A stretch of DNA of 24,000 bases. It comes from Clostridium neuense. Its GTDB lineage: Bacteria; Bacillota; Clostridia; Clostridiales; Clostridiaceae. The DNA lies in assembly GCF_045310695.1 (NCBI RefSeq), contig NZ_JBJIAA010000002.1, positions 174,363 to 198,362 of the forward strand, read 5' to 3'. The notes beneath the pieces are model-generated. The model did not search any database. It was not told the origin of the DNA and saw only the letters and a program-made list of their open reading frames with translations. Shown here in pieces: positions 14,785 to 24,000 of this stretch; position 1 is the first letter of the stretch, and each line of letters opens with the position of its first letter. Position numbers and translations under genes: made by a program.

Positions 14785-15780
14785 ATGCTTAAATTCGATG
14801 AACAAAAACAAATTGACAGTGTAAACGGAGCTTTAGCTCTTCGTGGACAAATTAATGAAATCGTTGACGGCTTTTGTAAAAAAGGTTACAAAAATATCTG
14901 CTGGCTTGGAATCGGAGGAACTTATGCTTCCAGCATGCAGGCTGTTGTACACATGAAAGAAAAATCAGAAATTGATACATTTGTTGAAAATGCAGCTGAA
15001 TACCTTGCAACTGGTAATAAAAGAATTGGAGAAGGCACAGTTATCGTAATTTCTTCTGTTACAGGAAGCACAGAGGAAATGGTTAAAGGAGTTAAAAAAG
15101 CACAGGAAGCAGGCGCAAAAGTAATTGGATTTATTGACAAGGAAACAGCAGAGCTTGCAAAAATGGTAGATTATGAAATTGCATATCCTACTAACGAACA
15201 ATTAAAATTCTTTATGGTAGCTGACCGCTTTATGTACAATAAAGGTGAATTTCCAGAATATGATGATTACTACGCACAGATGGATGCACATCTTGCAAAT
15301 GCATTAGTAGAAGTTGAAAAGTGTGCAGATGAATTTGGTAAAACATTTGCAGAAAAACACAAAGATGACTCTATTCATTATTTTGTAGGTGCAGGTAATC
15401 AGTGGGGTGCTACTTATTCATATGCAATGTGCTACTGGGAAGAACAACACTGGATTCGTACCAAGTCAATTCACGCTTCTGAGTTTTTCCATGGAATGCT
15501 TGAAATAGTAGACCGTGATACTGCAGTTACAGTATTTGTTGGAGAAGATTCACAGCGTCCTTTAAGTGAAAGGGTTGCAAAGTTTCTTCCAAGAATTTGT
15601 GGAAATTACACAATCATTGATACAAAAGACTATGAATTAAAAGGTATAAGCCCAGAATATAGAGGAAATATTTCACACCTTGTTATGCATGCAGTTACAC
15701 AAAGAATAGATGCTCACTTGGAGAAAATAAACTGTCATCCTATGGAAATTCGCAGATATTATCGCCGTTTAGATTATTAA
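14785..15780 (+). CDS. frlB: Fructoselysine-6-phosphate deglycase (SIS-domain, FrlB-like)
   Basis: Two SIS-like halves (WLGIGGTYASS, VISSVTGSTEE, and a second half FVGAGNQWG...SEFFHGMLE). The C-terminus HPMEIRRYYRRLDY closely resembles the E. coli FrlB C-terminus as I recall it. I prefer the ATG at 14785 (RBS AAAGGAGAG 7 nt upstream) to the track start at 14764. Confidence 0.85.
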   Translation: MLKFDEQKQIDSVNGALALRGQINEIVDGFCKKGYKNICWLGIGGTYASSMQAVVHMKEKSEIDTFVENAAEYLATGNKRIGEGTVIVISSVTGSTEEMVKGVKKAQEAGAKVIGFIDKETAELAKMVDYEIAYPTNEQLKFFMVADRFMYNKGEFPEYDDYYAQMDAHLANALVEVEKCADEFGKTFAEKHKDDSIHYFVGAGNQWGATYSYAMCYWEEQHWIRTKSIHASEFFHGMLEIVDRDTAVTVFVGEDSQRPLSERVAKFLPRICGNYTIIDTKDYELKGISPEYRGNISHLVMHAVTQRIDAHLEKINCHPMEIRRYYRRLDY

Positions 15781-15798
15781 TTTAGGAGGCTAACTGAT

Positions 15799-16620
15799 AT
15801 GATGAAAATAGGTATGTTTACATCAGGTTATCAGCGTAATCCATTGGAAGATGTATTTAAGGATGCAAAAAGATTCGGGTATGACTATATAGAGCTTTGG
15901 GGTGCAAGACCCCATGCATTTGCTCCTGATTTAAAATCAGGTGATATTAATACAATAAAAAAATTGATTGATAAGTATGAAATTCCTGTCATTGGCTATA
16001 CGCCAGAGCATAATGCATACCCATATAATTTTATGATTGGAAGCGAAGCTCAGCGTCAGGATGCTGTAAATTACCTAAAACTTTCTATGGACATGGGCAA
16101 AGAAATGGGAGCAGATTTTACTCTAATGTCCGCAGCCCATGCTGGATACTTAACTACTTCAGAAGAAATATGGAAAAGGCTTATTCAAACAATGCGTGAA
16201 TTAACAGATTATGCCGAAAAAATACAACATAAAATTGTATTAGAACCACTAACCCCTTATGAGAGCAATGTTTGCACTAGTGCAAATGATCTTGTAACGT
16301 TGTTTAATTATGTTAATTCTCCATATCTTGTTGGTATGTGCGATATCGTGCCACCATTTGTGCAGCATGAAAGTATTATGGCCTATTTCGATAAACTAGG
16401 AGAAAAAATGTATCATATGCATATAGTCGATAGTGATGGAGTTAGTGATACACACATACTTCCAGGAGAAGGCGTGCTTCCACTGTCAGAAGTTATGCAG
16501 GAACTTAAGGAAATAAATTATAAGGGAACAGCAACTATAGAACTTGTAACTTCATATATAAACGAGCCTCGATTTTATGCAAAACGTGCTATTAATAATA
16601 TTCGTAATCTTATGAAATAG
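15799..16620 (+). CDS. frlC: Fructoselysine 3-epimerase (xylose-isomerase-like TIM barrel, FrlC-like)
   Basis: 273 aa. Near-colinear similarity to remembered E. coli FrlC: KIGMFTSGYQR, GARPHAFAPDLK, IGYTPE.N.YPYN, SAAHAGYLT, LEPLTPYESNV, YFDKLG, HIVDSDG.SDTH.PGEG, ELVT.Y.NEPR.YA. RBS AGGAGG lies 9 nt upstream. Confidence 0.9.
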   Translation: MMKIGMFTSGYQRNPLEDVFKDAKRFGYDYIELWGARPHAFAPDLKSGDINTIKKLIDKYEIPVIGYTPEHNAYPYNFMIGSEAQRQDAVNYLKLSMDMGKEMGADFTLMSAAHAGYLTTSEEIWKRLIQTMRELTDYAEKIQHKIVLEPLTPYESNVCTSANDLVTLFNYVNSPYLVGMCDIVPPFVQHESIMAYFDKLGEKMYHMHIVDSDGVSDTHILPGEGVLPLSEVMQELKEINYKGTATIELVTSYINEPRFYAKRAINNIRNLMK

Positions 16621-16733
16621 GAGCAATTAAACTATTTTATAAAAACGTATTCAAATAATATGATAAACTAATTAAATTCTAAAGCAAATTAGCGCGATAA
16701 GCATTGAAAATAAATATATCTGGAGGTGTAATT

Positions 16734-17534
16734 ATGAGCGATAAAATGATTAAAATAGCAGCAGTTGGTGATAACTGCATGGATGTTTATGAAAATTTGG
16801 ACAAAGCATTTCCTGGAGGAAATCCCGTAAATGTATCCGTATATTCTGTTCGTCTTGGTGGTCAAGCCTCCTATACTGGTGTTGTAGGAAATGACAAATA
16901 CGGACAAATAATGATTAGCGCATTACAAAAAAAAGGAGTCGATACTTCACATCTACATGTACTCCCAGGAAACACCGCAATTACACATGTAGAGCTGGTT
17001 AACGGAGAACGCGTACTAGGAGACTATGAAGAAGGTGTATTAGCTGATTTTAAACTATCAGAAGATGACATTGAGTTTATATGCAGTCACGACATAGTTA
17101 TAAGTGGTCTGTGGGGTATGATTGAAAATGATTTGTACAAGATTAAAGCAAAGGGTACTTTAATTGCCTTTGATTTTGCAAATAAATATGATGATCCAGT
17201 TGTAGAAAAGGCAATAGATTATGTTGATTATGCATTCTTTGCTTCAGATGATGGAGATACAGATGAACTTAGAAGCTTTATGAAAAAAATGTATGCAAGA
17301 GGTCCAAAACTTGTAATTGTGACATTAGGAGAAAAAGGAAGCATTGCATATGATGGAAATGAGTTTATCACATTTGGCATTATAAAATGTGATGTTAAAG
17401 ATACTATGGGAGCTGGAGATAGCTTTATTGCAGGATTTTTAAGAGGAATATTATTAGATTTAGATGTTAAAAAATGCATGGAAATGGGTGCTCGCAATAG
17501 CAGCGTTACACTACAATATACAGGTGCATGGTAA
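16734..17534 (+). CDS. frlD: Fructoselysine 6-kinase (PfkB family, FrlD-like)
   Basis: GDNCMDVYENLDKAFPGGNPVNVSVY, GDYEEGVLADFKLSEDD, VIVTLGEKGSIAYDG, DTMGAGDSFIAGFL and the C-terminal YTGAW parallel remembered E. coli FrlD. The ATG at 16734 follows GGAGGTG. The track ORF starts upstream at 16704. Confidence 0.9.
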   Translation: MSDKMIKIAAVGDNCMDVYENLDKAFPGGNPVNVSVYSVRLGGQASYTGVVGNDKYGQIMISALQKKGVDTSHLHVLPGNTAITHVELVNGERVLGDYEEGVLADFKLSEDDIEFICSHDIVISGLWGMIENDLYKIKAKGTLIAFDFANKYDDPVVEKAIDYVDYAFFASDDGDTDELRSFMKKMYARGPKLVIVTLGEKGSIAYDGNEFITFGIIKCDVKDTMGAGDSFIAGFLRGILLDLDVKKCMEMGARNSSVTLQYTGAW

Positions 17535-17653
17535 AAAGCATTATAAGGCTGTGGATGGATTTAGGAAGGAACTACGTACTACTATTATATCCATCCCCAG
17601 ATTATCTGAAGGTGATAAAAACATTAATACAATTGAATCATATATTTTCTTAA

Positions 17654-19033
<1,380 letters not shown>

Positions 19034-19065
19034 ACTAGAATAATCTTATTTTAAATTATATTATT

Positions 19066-19115
19066 GTGACCTAAAAGCATTTTGTAAATACAAAAACTTT
19101 TAGGTCACTTATTTA
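19066..19115 (+). terminator. Intrinsic terminator of the frl operon
   Basis: GTGACCTAAAAG (19066-19077) is the exact reverse complement of CTTTTAGGTCAC (19097-19108), followed by TTATTTAT. Confidence 0.8.
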
Positions 19116-19229
19116 TGCAAAATTTTGTCGTTAAACTGACATTTAAAAGTCACATTTATTTTACTCTAAGTTGATAGCATTATTACTTGTAGCACGGTTG
19201 TCCTTAACGAGTATAATATAAACTTTTAG

Positions 19230-19874
19230 CTAAAATTTCAATTTTGATTCTAAAAACATTTTCAAATCATAAATATTGTTAAATATATAATTAGGATTAA
19301 CTTTTCTCATTTCTTCCAGGTCAACACCATCAGACCAGGCTGCTGATAGGCAAGTTGCACCAATCTCGCTACAAGCCATTACATCAGAAAGTGCATCACC
19401 TATATAATAAAATTCATCATTGTTAACAGAGTATTTTTTTAGCAACCTTGAAATAGATTCTGCTTTATTATAACGTATTTCATCTCCTACCATTATATCA
19501 CTAAAATAATTATCCATACCTAACTTTTTTAAAGATATATCGCAGCTTCTTTGACCTTTTCCTGTAATTAACGCTACAACAATGTCTTTATCTTTTAAGT
19601 ACTTAATTAAATCACATATCCCTGAAAAAGGTTCCTTACATCTATCATGCATTTTCTCATAAAAATAATAAAAATCCTGAAGAGCTGACTCCCAATTGTC
19701 TTTTACCACTGCTTTAACCATTCCTGTTTCGTTAAGCCCAAAAGTTTGAACAATCTCATTATTTGTTAAGTCATGTCCTGTATATGGTGATACAGATTTT
19801 TTAAAAGCCTCAATACACATAGGGATTGTGTCAGCTATTGTTCCATCGAAATCAAACGCTACCATCTTAATCAT
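19230..19874 (-). CDS. HAD-superfamily hydrolase (phosphatase, PGP/beta-PGM-like subfamily)
   Basis: Motif I is VAFDFDGTIADT, motif II is LITGKG, and motif IV is YIGDALSDVMA. I prefer the start at ATG 19874 (GGAG 9 nt upstream) to the track start at 19889. It then overlaps the upstream gene's 3' end by 8 nt, which suggests translational coupling. Confidence 0.8.
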   Translation of the reverse strand: MIKMVAFDFDGTIADTIPMCIEAFKKSVSPYTGHDLTNNEIVQTFGLNETGMVKAVVKDNWESALQDFYYFYEKMHDRCKEPFSGICDLIKYLKDKDIVVALITGKGQRSCDISLKKLGMDNYFSDIMVGDEIRYNKAESISRLLKKYSVNNDEFYYIGDALSDVMACSEIGATCLSAAWSDGVDLEEMRKVNPNYIFNNIYDLKMFLESKLKF

Positions 19875-20475
19875 GTTTGCAAGCTCCATTAATTTCTCGA
19901 ATTACTCGACATGGATTTCCAACTGCTACACAATTTTCAGGAATATTCTTTGTCACAACACTACCTGCTCCTATAACACTGCCATTTCCTATACTGATTC
20001 CAGGCAAAATAATGACGCCACCACCAATCCAGCAGCCATCACCAATAGTAACAGAAAGTGCATAGGTACGACAAAAATATTCTCCACTTTCCACATTCCA
20101 ATCCGGTGTTAATCGTTCTGCCAGCTCTACCGGATGAGTAGCTGTATAAATTTGTACATTAGGTGCAATAAGAACATTATTACCTATAGTTATTTTGTTA
20201 CAATCCACAAAAGTACACTTCATATTGATAGATACATTATTACCTAAATGAATGTTACAGCCGTAATCACAGATAAATGGTGATCCAACAGATACATTAG
20301 TACCTATATTGCCTAAAAGACTCTGCAAAACTTCTCTTTTCTCTTCTTTACATTCATAAGGAAGGCTATTATATTTCGCTAGCAATACTCTAGTTGTATT
20401 TTTAAAATCCAAAAAAATTTCATCGTGACAATTGTAAATTTCTCCTGCCATACACTTTTCAAATTCTGTTTTCAT
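19867..20475 (-). CDS. maa: Maltose/galactoside O-acetyltransferase (left-handed beta-helix, Maa-like)
   Basis: N-terminal Mac domain (MAGEIYNCHDE...LLAKYN). Hexapeptide repeats and YTATHP...IGDGCWIGGGVIILPGISIGNGSVIGAGSVVTKNIPENCVAVGNPCRVIR resemble remembered E. coli Maa. It carries a ~16-aa insertion (TPDWNVESGEYFCRTY). Confidence 0.8.
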   Translation of the reverse strand: MKTEFEKCMAGEIYNCHDEIFLDFKNTTRVLLAKYNSLPYECKEEKREVLQSLLGNIGTNVSVGSPFICDYGCNIHLGNNVSINMKCTFVDCNKITIGNNVLIAPNVQIYTATHPVELAERLTPDWNVESGEYFCRTYALSVTIGDGCWIGGGVIILPGISIGNGSVIGAGSVVTKNIPENCVAVGNPCRVIREINGACKHD

Positions 20476-20613
20476 TTTTCATCTTACTCCTTTTCCATTA
20501 CATCTAATAATAAAGATAAAGCACCTTGAAACTTGAAATTTATTTATACCAAAATGACGTCTTCTTGGGATTATGTTGCACATGAATTTCAATAGTTGAA
20601 TCGGTTTATCTAT

Positions 20614-20656
20614 AGTATAAAAAACATCTTGTTACATAACTAGTAACAAGATGTTT
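20614..20656 (-). terminator. Intrinsic terminator of the arsR-EFR1-rpiR operon
   Basis: AAACATCTTGTTAC (20622-20635) is the exact reverse complement of GTAACAAGATGTTT (20643-20656), with a 7-nt loop. On the minus strand the stem is followed by a T-run. It begins 7 nt after the rpiR-like stop codon. Confidence 0.75.
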
Positions 20657-20662
20657 CAAAAT

Positions 20663-21376
20663 TCATATTCTTCTTGCCAATGCTTCTATAAGAAACAGTA
20701 CAGGTACCTGAGTTGTTGCATTATATCCGCCGTTGACTATATGCATATTCATATTATAGGAGATATTCCAGTCTGATATTCTTGCAATAGTGGAATTAGT
20801 TTGATTGGTGATGCTCAAAATATTACATTTGTTAGTTTTGAAACGATCAATTAAATTAATAATCTCTTTTGTTTCTCCCGAAACAGAAAGTGCAATTATC
20901 ACTGTAGAACTCGCCATCTCTTTTGTAATTGGATAATGCGCATCTTCTAAGCCTATTGAAAACTTACCTAAATTAGAAAAATATCTTGCTCCATATCTAG
21001 CCAGTGTACCGGAGGACCCCCCTCCTATAAATATAACAGTTTCTGCTTTTCTAATGAAATTAGCACCCTGCTCTATTTTCTGTTCAAAAGAATTAGTGTT
21101 AGTTCTATTAAAGTACTCCAACAGCTCAGCTAAATCATTTTGAGGCGGCATTTCCTTGATTTGATATAAGTATTTCTTAAGTCTTTCTTTGAATTCCTTA
21201 TACCCATCACAGTTCAATTTATTACAAAATCTAAGGATTGTTGATGTAGAAACATGCATCACCTCACCCAATTCCCTAATAGTCATATAAGGAATTTTCT
21301 CTCCATTATCAACAATAAATTTATACATCTGAATCTCAGTTTCATTAAATTTTTGAATATTATCATACGAAAACAT
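20663..21376 (-). CDS. RpiR/MurR-family transcriptional regulator (HTH_6 + SIS domain)
   Basis: The N-terminal HTH is MTIRELGEVMHVSTSTILRFCNKLNCDGYKEFK. The C-terminal SIS domain has IFIGGGSSG and IALSVSGETKE. I prefer the start at ATG 21376 (GGAGG 5 nt upstream) to the track start at 21388. Confidence 0.85.
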   Translation of the reverse strand: MFSYDNIQKFNETEIQMYKFIVDNGEKIPYMTIRELGEVMHVSTSTILRFCNKLNCDGYKEFKERLKKYLYQIKEMPPQNDLAELLEYFNRTNTNSFEQKIEQGANFIRKAETVIFIGGGSSGTLARYGARYFSNLGKFSIGLEDAHYPITKEMASSTVIIALSVSGETKEIINLIDRFKTNKCNILSITNQTNSTIARISDWNISYNMNMHIVNGGYNATTQVPVLFLIEALARRI

Positions 21377-21402
21377 TGTAGCCTCCAATAAACTTCTATT
21401 TG

Positions 21403-22158
21403 CTAGTTATATATAATTGGACATCTATAACGGATTTTGCCAACACTTTTTTCTCCATACTCAATAGCTCCTTTGGGACATTTGCAAATACATGCCATGC
21501 AGTGAGTACAGTCTTTACCCCAAATAGGTTTGTTTCCTTTTAAATTGATATTGTTAAGTGGACATTCCTTTACACATGTGCTGCATCCTACGCACTTATC
21601 ACCTACTGTAAACTTATCCGCTTTTACTAAGAATGAATAAAAAATTGTATTTATAACAGAACTTTTGAGACAATCAATAATGTTGCTCTGTCTATCAATA
21701 AATGACTTTCCTTCCCGAATCCTTGCTCCAATCTTATGGATTATAGGATTTGCATTTTCAATTATCTGCATTGCAACAGATTTCTCTGGTGCATCATACA
21801 TAGCAATATAATTCTCTGGCATCACAATGGAAGCTACCCCCATATATTTAAAGTTTTTTCTTTTACAAAGTCTTTTTATATATTTCTTAGCATTTCCTAT
21901 ACTTGTGCCGCAATTCATTATAAAGTAGACATTCTCAGTACCTGTGAACCTTGTTTTATCAATCCATTCTTCTACTAATCTTGGAATTCTCCAACAATAA
22001 GTTGGTACAACAAAAACTAATCTTCCAGTTGCATTTATTTCTGATATATCATTTTCCCTAATTCGCTTATTAATTGAAATAAGGCCATCTCCTGCTAAAT
22101 CCGCTATTTGTTTAGCAATATATGTACTATTTCCTGTTCCTGTAAAATATAAAATCAT
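21403..22158 (-). CDS. EFR1-family ferredoxin (flavodoxin-like domain fused to a 2x[4Fe-4S] ferredoxin domain)
   Basis: The N-terminus MILYFTGTGNSTYIA has the flavodoxin-like P-loop style. The C-terminus carries CVGCSTCVKECP and CTHCMACICKCP, two CxxCxxCxxxCP clusters. Confidence 0.75.
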   Translation of the reverse strand: MILYFTGTGNSTYIAKQIADLAGDGLISINKRIRENDISEINATGRLVFVVPTYCWRIPRLVEEWIDKTRFTGTENVYFIMNCGTSIGNAKKYIKRLCKRKNFKYMGVASIVMPENYIAMYDAPEKSVAMQIIENANPIIHKIGARIREGKSFIDRQSNIIDCLKSSVINTIFYSFLVKADKFTVGDKCVGCSTCVKECPLNNINLKGNKPIWGKDCTHCMACICKCPKGAIEYGEKSVGKIRYRCPIIYN

Positions 22159-22181
22159 TAAAATTTTCCTTTCTTGGCCTC

Positions 22182-22538
22182 TTATTCTTCACCGCTTCTA
22201 TCTGGTAAAGTTCCCATAATCTCTTTTATATGCCTAAACAAATTAATAACTTTGTCAATTTCATTATCTTCTGGATCAAGGTAATAATAAATGCATGTCC
22301 CTTCTTTTCTGGACTTTACAATACCAGCATCCTTTAATATTTGTATATGATGGGATACTGCAGATCTAGATAGATTGGTATTTGCAGCTATATCAATCAC
22401 TCTACTTCCGCTGCACTTCCTTTTCATCATAATACATAAAATATATTGCCTTACTTCATCTCCTATTGCTATCAAAAGCTTTTGACAATTGCTAAACTCT
22501 TGTTGTAATTTTTTTATATCATCCATTGTTTTTTCCAT
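22182..22538 (-). CDS. ArsR/SmtB-family transcriptional regulator
   Basis: LIAIGDEVRQYILCIMM...RVIDIAANTNLSRSAVSHHIQILKDAGIVKSRKEGTCIYYYL is a canonical ArsR winged HTH. I prefer the start at ATG 22538 (GGAGGT 5 nt upstream) to the track start at 22571. Confidence 0.8.
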   Translation of the reverse strand: MEKTMDDIKKLQQEFSNCQKLLIAIGDEVRQYILCIMMKRKCSGSRVIDIAANTNLSRSAVSHHIQILKDAGIVKSRKEGTCIYYYLDPEDNEIDKVINLFRHIKEIMGTLPDRSGEE

Positions 22539-22552
22539 AGTTACCTCCGAAC

Positions 22553-22570
22553 TGTTTAAGTACTTAAACA
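22553..22570. promoter_or_regulatory. Perfect 18-bp palindrome, candidate ArsR-type autoregulatory operator
   Basis: TGTTTAAGTACTTAAACA is its own reverse complement. It lies between the putative -10 (22576-22584) and the RBS of the arsR-like gene, overlapping the expected transcription start. Confidence 0.55.
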
Positions 22571-22575
22571 TTTAT

Positions 22576-22584
22576 AGTATAGCA
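22576..22584 (-). promoter_or_regulatory. Extended -10 promoter (TGcTATACT) of the arsR-EFR1-rpiR operon
   Basis: The minus strand reads TGCTATACT, ~40 nt upstream of the ATG at 22538. I see no good -35. Confidence 0.4.
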
Positions 22585-22646
22585 TATAGTTTTCATAAAA
22601 GTTTATCTGTAAAGAAAATCGAAGCAGATAGATTACCTTAAAACAG

Positions 22647-22787
22647 TTACACACAATTAGCAAAGCGTTCACAATTATTAAATATAAGATTATATCCTCC
22701 AAAATCTGAGCCCACTTTACTTTAAGCTCTTTTAACTATTTCTTCTGGCGTATATTTAGCCTTTTGGTAACCATAAACATACACTTT
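22647..22787 (-). pseudogene. Decayed fragment of an LRAT / NlpC-P60 superfamily gene
   Basis: The minus-strand frame reads KVYVYGYQKAKYTPEEIVKRA*SKVGSDFGGYNLIFNNCERFANCV*. This matches the C-terminal y..eEi..RA.s..G...YnL..NNCEHF signature of LRAT-family proteins. It has an in-frame stop and H to R in NCEHF, and the N-terminal catalytic-His half is missing. Confidence 0.5.
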
Positions 22788-23030
22788 TCATTAAATTTAT
22801 TTTTGACATTAAAAAATGAGGGTCACCTTCATAATCTAGTGATCCTCCATTCTTAATAATATATATTTTTTATGATATGGCTCTCATATTACTGCATCAG
22901 TTAATTCTTTAAAATAATTATTTAAATTTTTTTAATTAAAATGTATCGTTACATGTTTCTAACAAGCACAGTTCCACCTGTACTAATGTAAGTTTCATAA
23001 GCTTCACCTGTAATCAACTTAAAAAATATC

Positions 23031-24000
23031 CTAGCAATCACTTGGTCTAGGTGCAAAAGGGCCAAGACCAATGGAACAAAGCCAATTCAGTACTACCTCA
23101 TGCAGCACATTGATGTTGTCTACCTGACAGTGTTCTAATCCGCCAATTCTTCTATCCTCTATAGGGAAAAACGTCTTGTTTTTCGAACCGGCCTGTTCGT
23201 AATTTTTAAGAGCTTGCGTTAGCGGATTGGGCTGAACTAATATCTCTTCTGCACCATGCATCACAAGAAGAGGGCATTCTATCTGGTGAAGCACACCCTC
23301 GAGATTGTAGGCAAAACGAGGATTTTCTGCAAAGTCATCCAAGCTTTTCGCACCCAGGATTCTCATGCCGTGACCAGCCAAACTCGGTGGCATCCATTTT
23401 AGCATTGCTTCCCAGTCGAATGCGTGGGTACCTCCGTCAGAGATGACGGCAGCAATCCTGTGGTCGAAGGAAGCAAATCTAAGTGAGTCGTATGCTGCAA
23501 AGCTCTCACCGTGGACAATAATCTTGTTAGGATCCACTTCCGGTCTAGTTAGAAGAAAATCGATTGCTCTTGAATGAAAAGCCTCGCTGTCAGCTCTCCT
23601 GCCCTTTCCCTTTTCGTACATTGAAAGACCAGTTCCAGGCTGATCATAGACCATAAAGTTATATCCACAGGAAATAAAGGCAGGTCCTAACCAGAAATAG
23701 TTCTCAATTGACCATTCATCACCACCATTGAGAGCCAAAATTGTGGGCTTCGGACCTTTTATCCAAGAAGGTGAGAAAAAGTACCCATCCAACTTGACAT
23801 CCTCATAATCTACTTGGATTTTCTCTGGTTTGACATCAAAGTACTTTCCGGCAGCTTCGAAGAGTTCATTTACCTTCCTAAATATACGGATTTTCTCGGT
23901 GTCATCATCCATCACAGCATATTCAGCAATTCTGTTGTAATTGCAAGCACGAATATAGCAGTTACGTGCTGTATACCAGTTTCCAACTGCTTCTGCCTCC
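23031..24000 (-). CDS. Alpha/beta hydrolase (FrsA / 2,6-dihydropseudooxynicotine-hydrolase-like), 5'-partial at the window edge
   Basis: The frame stays open upstream of the first ATG (23915) all the way to position 24000 (...EAEAVGNWYTARNCYIRACNYNRIAEYAVMMDDD...). This is the helical N-terminal cap typical of the family, so the true start lies outside the window. The nucleophile elbow is VHGESFAAY and the C-terminal catalytic His lies in GGLEHCQVDN. Codon usage differs clearly from the neighbouring genes. Confidence 0.75.
   Translation of the reverse strand, partial: EAEAVGNWYTARNCYIRACNYNRIAEYAVMDDDTEKIRIFRKVNELFEAAGKYFDVKPEKIQVDYEDVKLDGYFFSPSWIKGPKPTILALNGGDEWSIENYFWLGPAFISCGYNFMVYDQPGTGLSMYEKGKGRRADSEAFHSRAIDFLLTRPEVDPNKIIVHGESFAAYDSLRFASFDHRIAAVISDGGTHAFDWEAMLKWMPPSLAGHGMRILGAKSLDDFAENPRFAYNLEGVLHQIECPLLVMHGAEEILVQPNPLTQALKNYEQAGSKNKTFFPIEDRRIGGLEHCQVDNINVLHEVVLNWLCSIGLGPFAPRPSDC

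Noticed and set aside
17553-17596. Hairpin GGATGGAT...ATCCATCC in the frlD-frlA spacer, plus an internal TACGTAC that resembles the AraR operator core.
   Set aside because: The stem is only 8 bp with a 28-nt loop and no U-tract, which is not statistically compelling. The TACGTAC lacks the flanking TG/CA of AraR boxes. It could still be an mRNA processing or stability element, but the evidence is insufficient.

Overview
AT-rich segment (sampled lines about 20-45% GC) with strong GGAGG-type ribosome-binding sites and Firmicutes/Clostridium-like gene content. I support 21 intact coding genes plus one decayed gene fragment. I found no rRNA, tRNA, CRISPR array, transposase, integrase or phage gene. 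Gene content, left to right: Rsm22-like methyltransferase; TPR protein; TIGR00300-like enzyme; DUF2935 protein; an orphan hypothetical; an ArsR-HTH regulator with a large unknown C-terminal domain; a GH43 arabinofuranosidase divergent from a monocistronic araA, with AraR-type operators between them; a J-domain/TPR membrane protein; an Amidohydro_3-type amidohydrolase divergent from a complete fructoselysine operon (frlB-frlC-frlD-frlA, no frlR); a maa-HAD phosphatase pair; an arsR-like / EFR1 ferredoxin / rpiR-like operon; a decayed LRAT/NlpC-P60 gene fragment; and a partial alpha/beta hydrolase with foreign codon usage that runs off the 3' edge. I do not see a recognisable defence, toxin-antitoxin or other multi-gene novel system. 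The signals that the gene calls leave unexplained are: (1) a ~180-nt rod-like imperfect palindrome in the gap between two convergent genes (4756-4935); (2) a nested palindrome with perfect 19-bp arms between two divergent promoters (14457-14556); (3) a repeated AATTGGTAT motif with twin promoter architecture that links the amidohydrolase to the frl operon, with no cognate regulator in the window; (4) a degenerate metal-binding motif in that amidohydrolase; (5) a J-domain protein with HPE in place of HPD and an extracytoplasmic domain. All functional calls rest on my reading of the translated ORFs and remembered family signatures. No database search was run.
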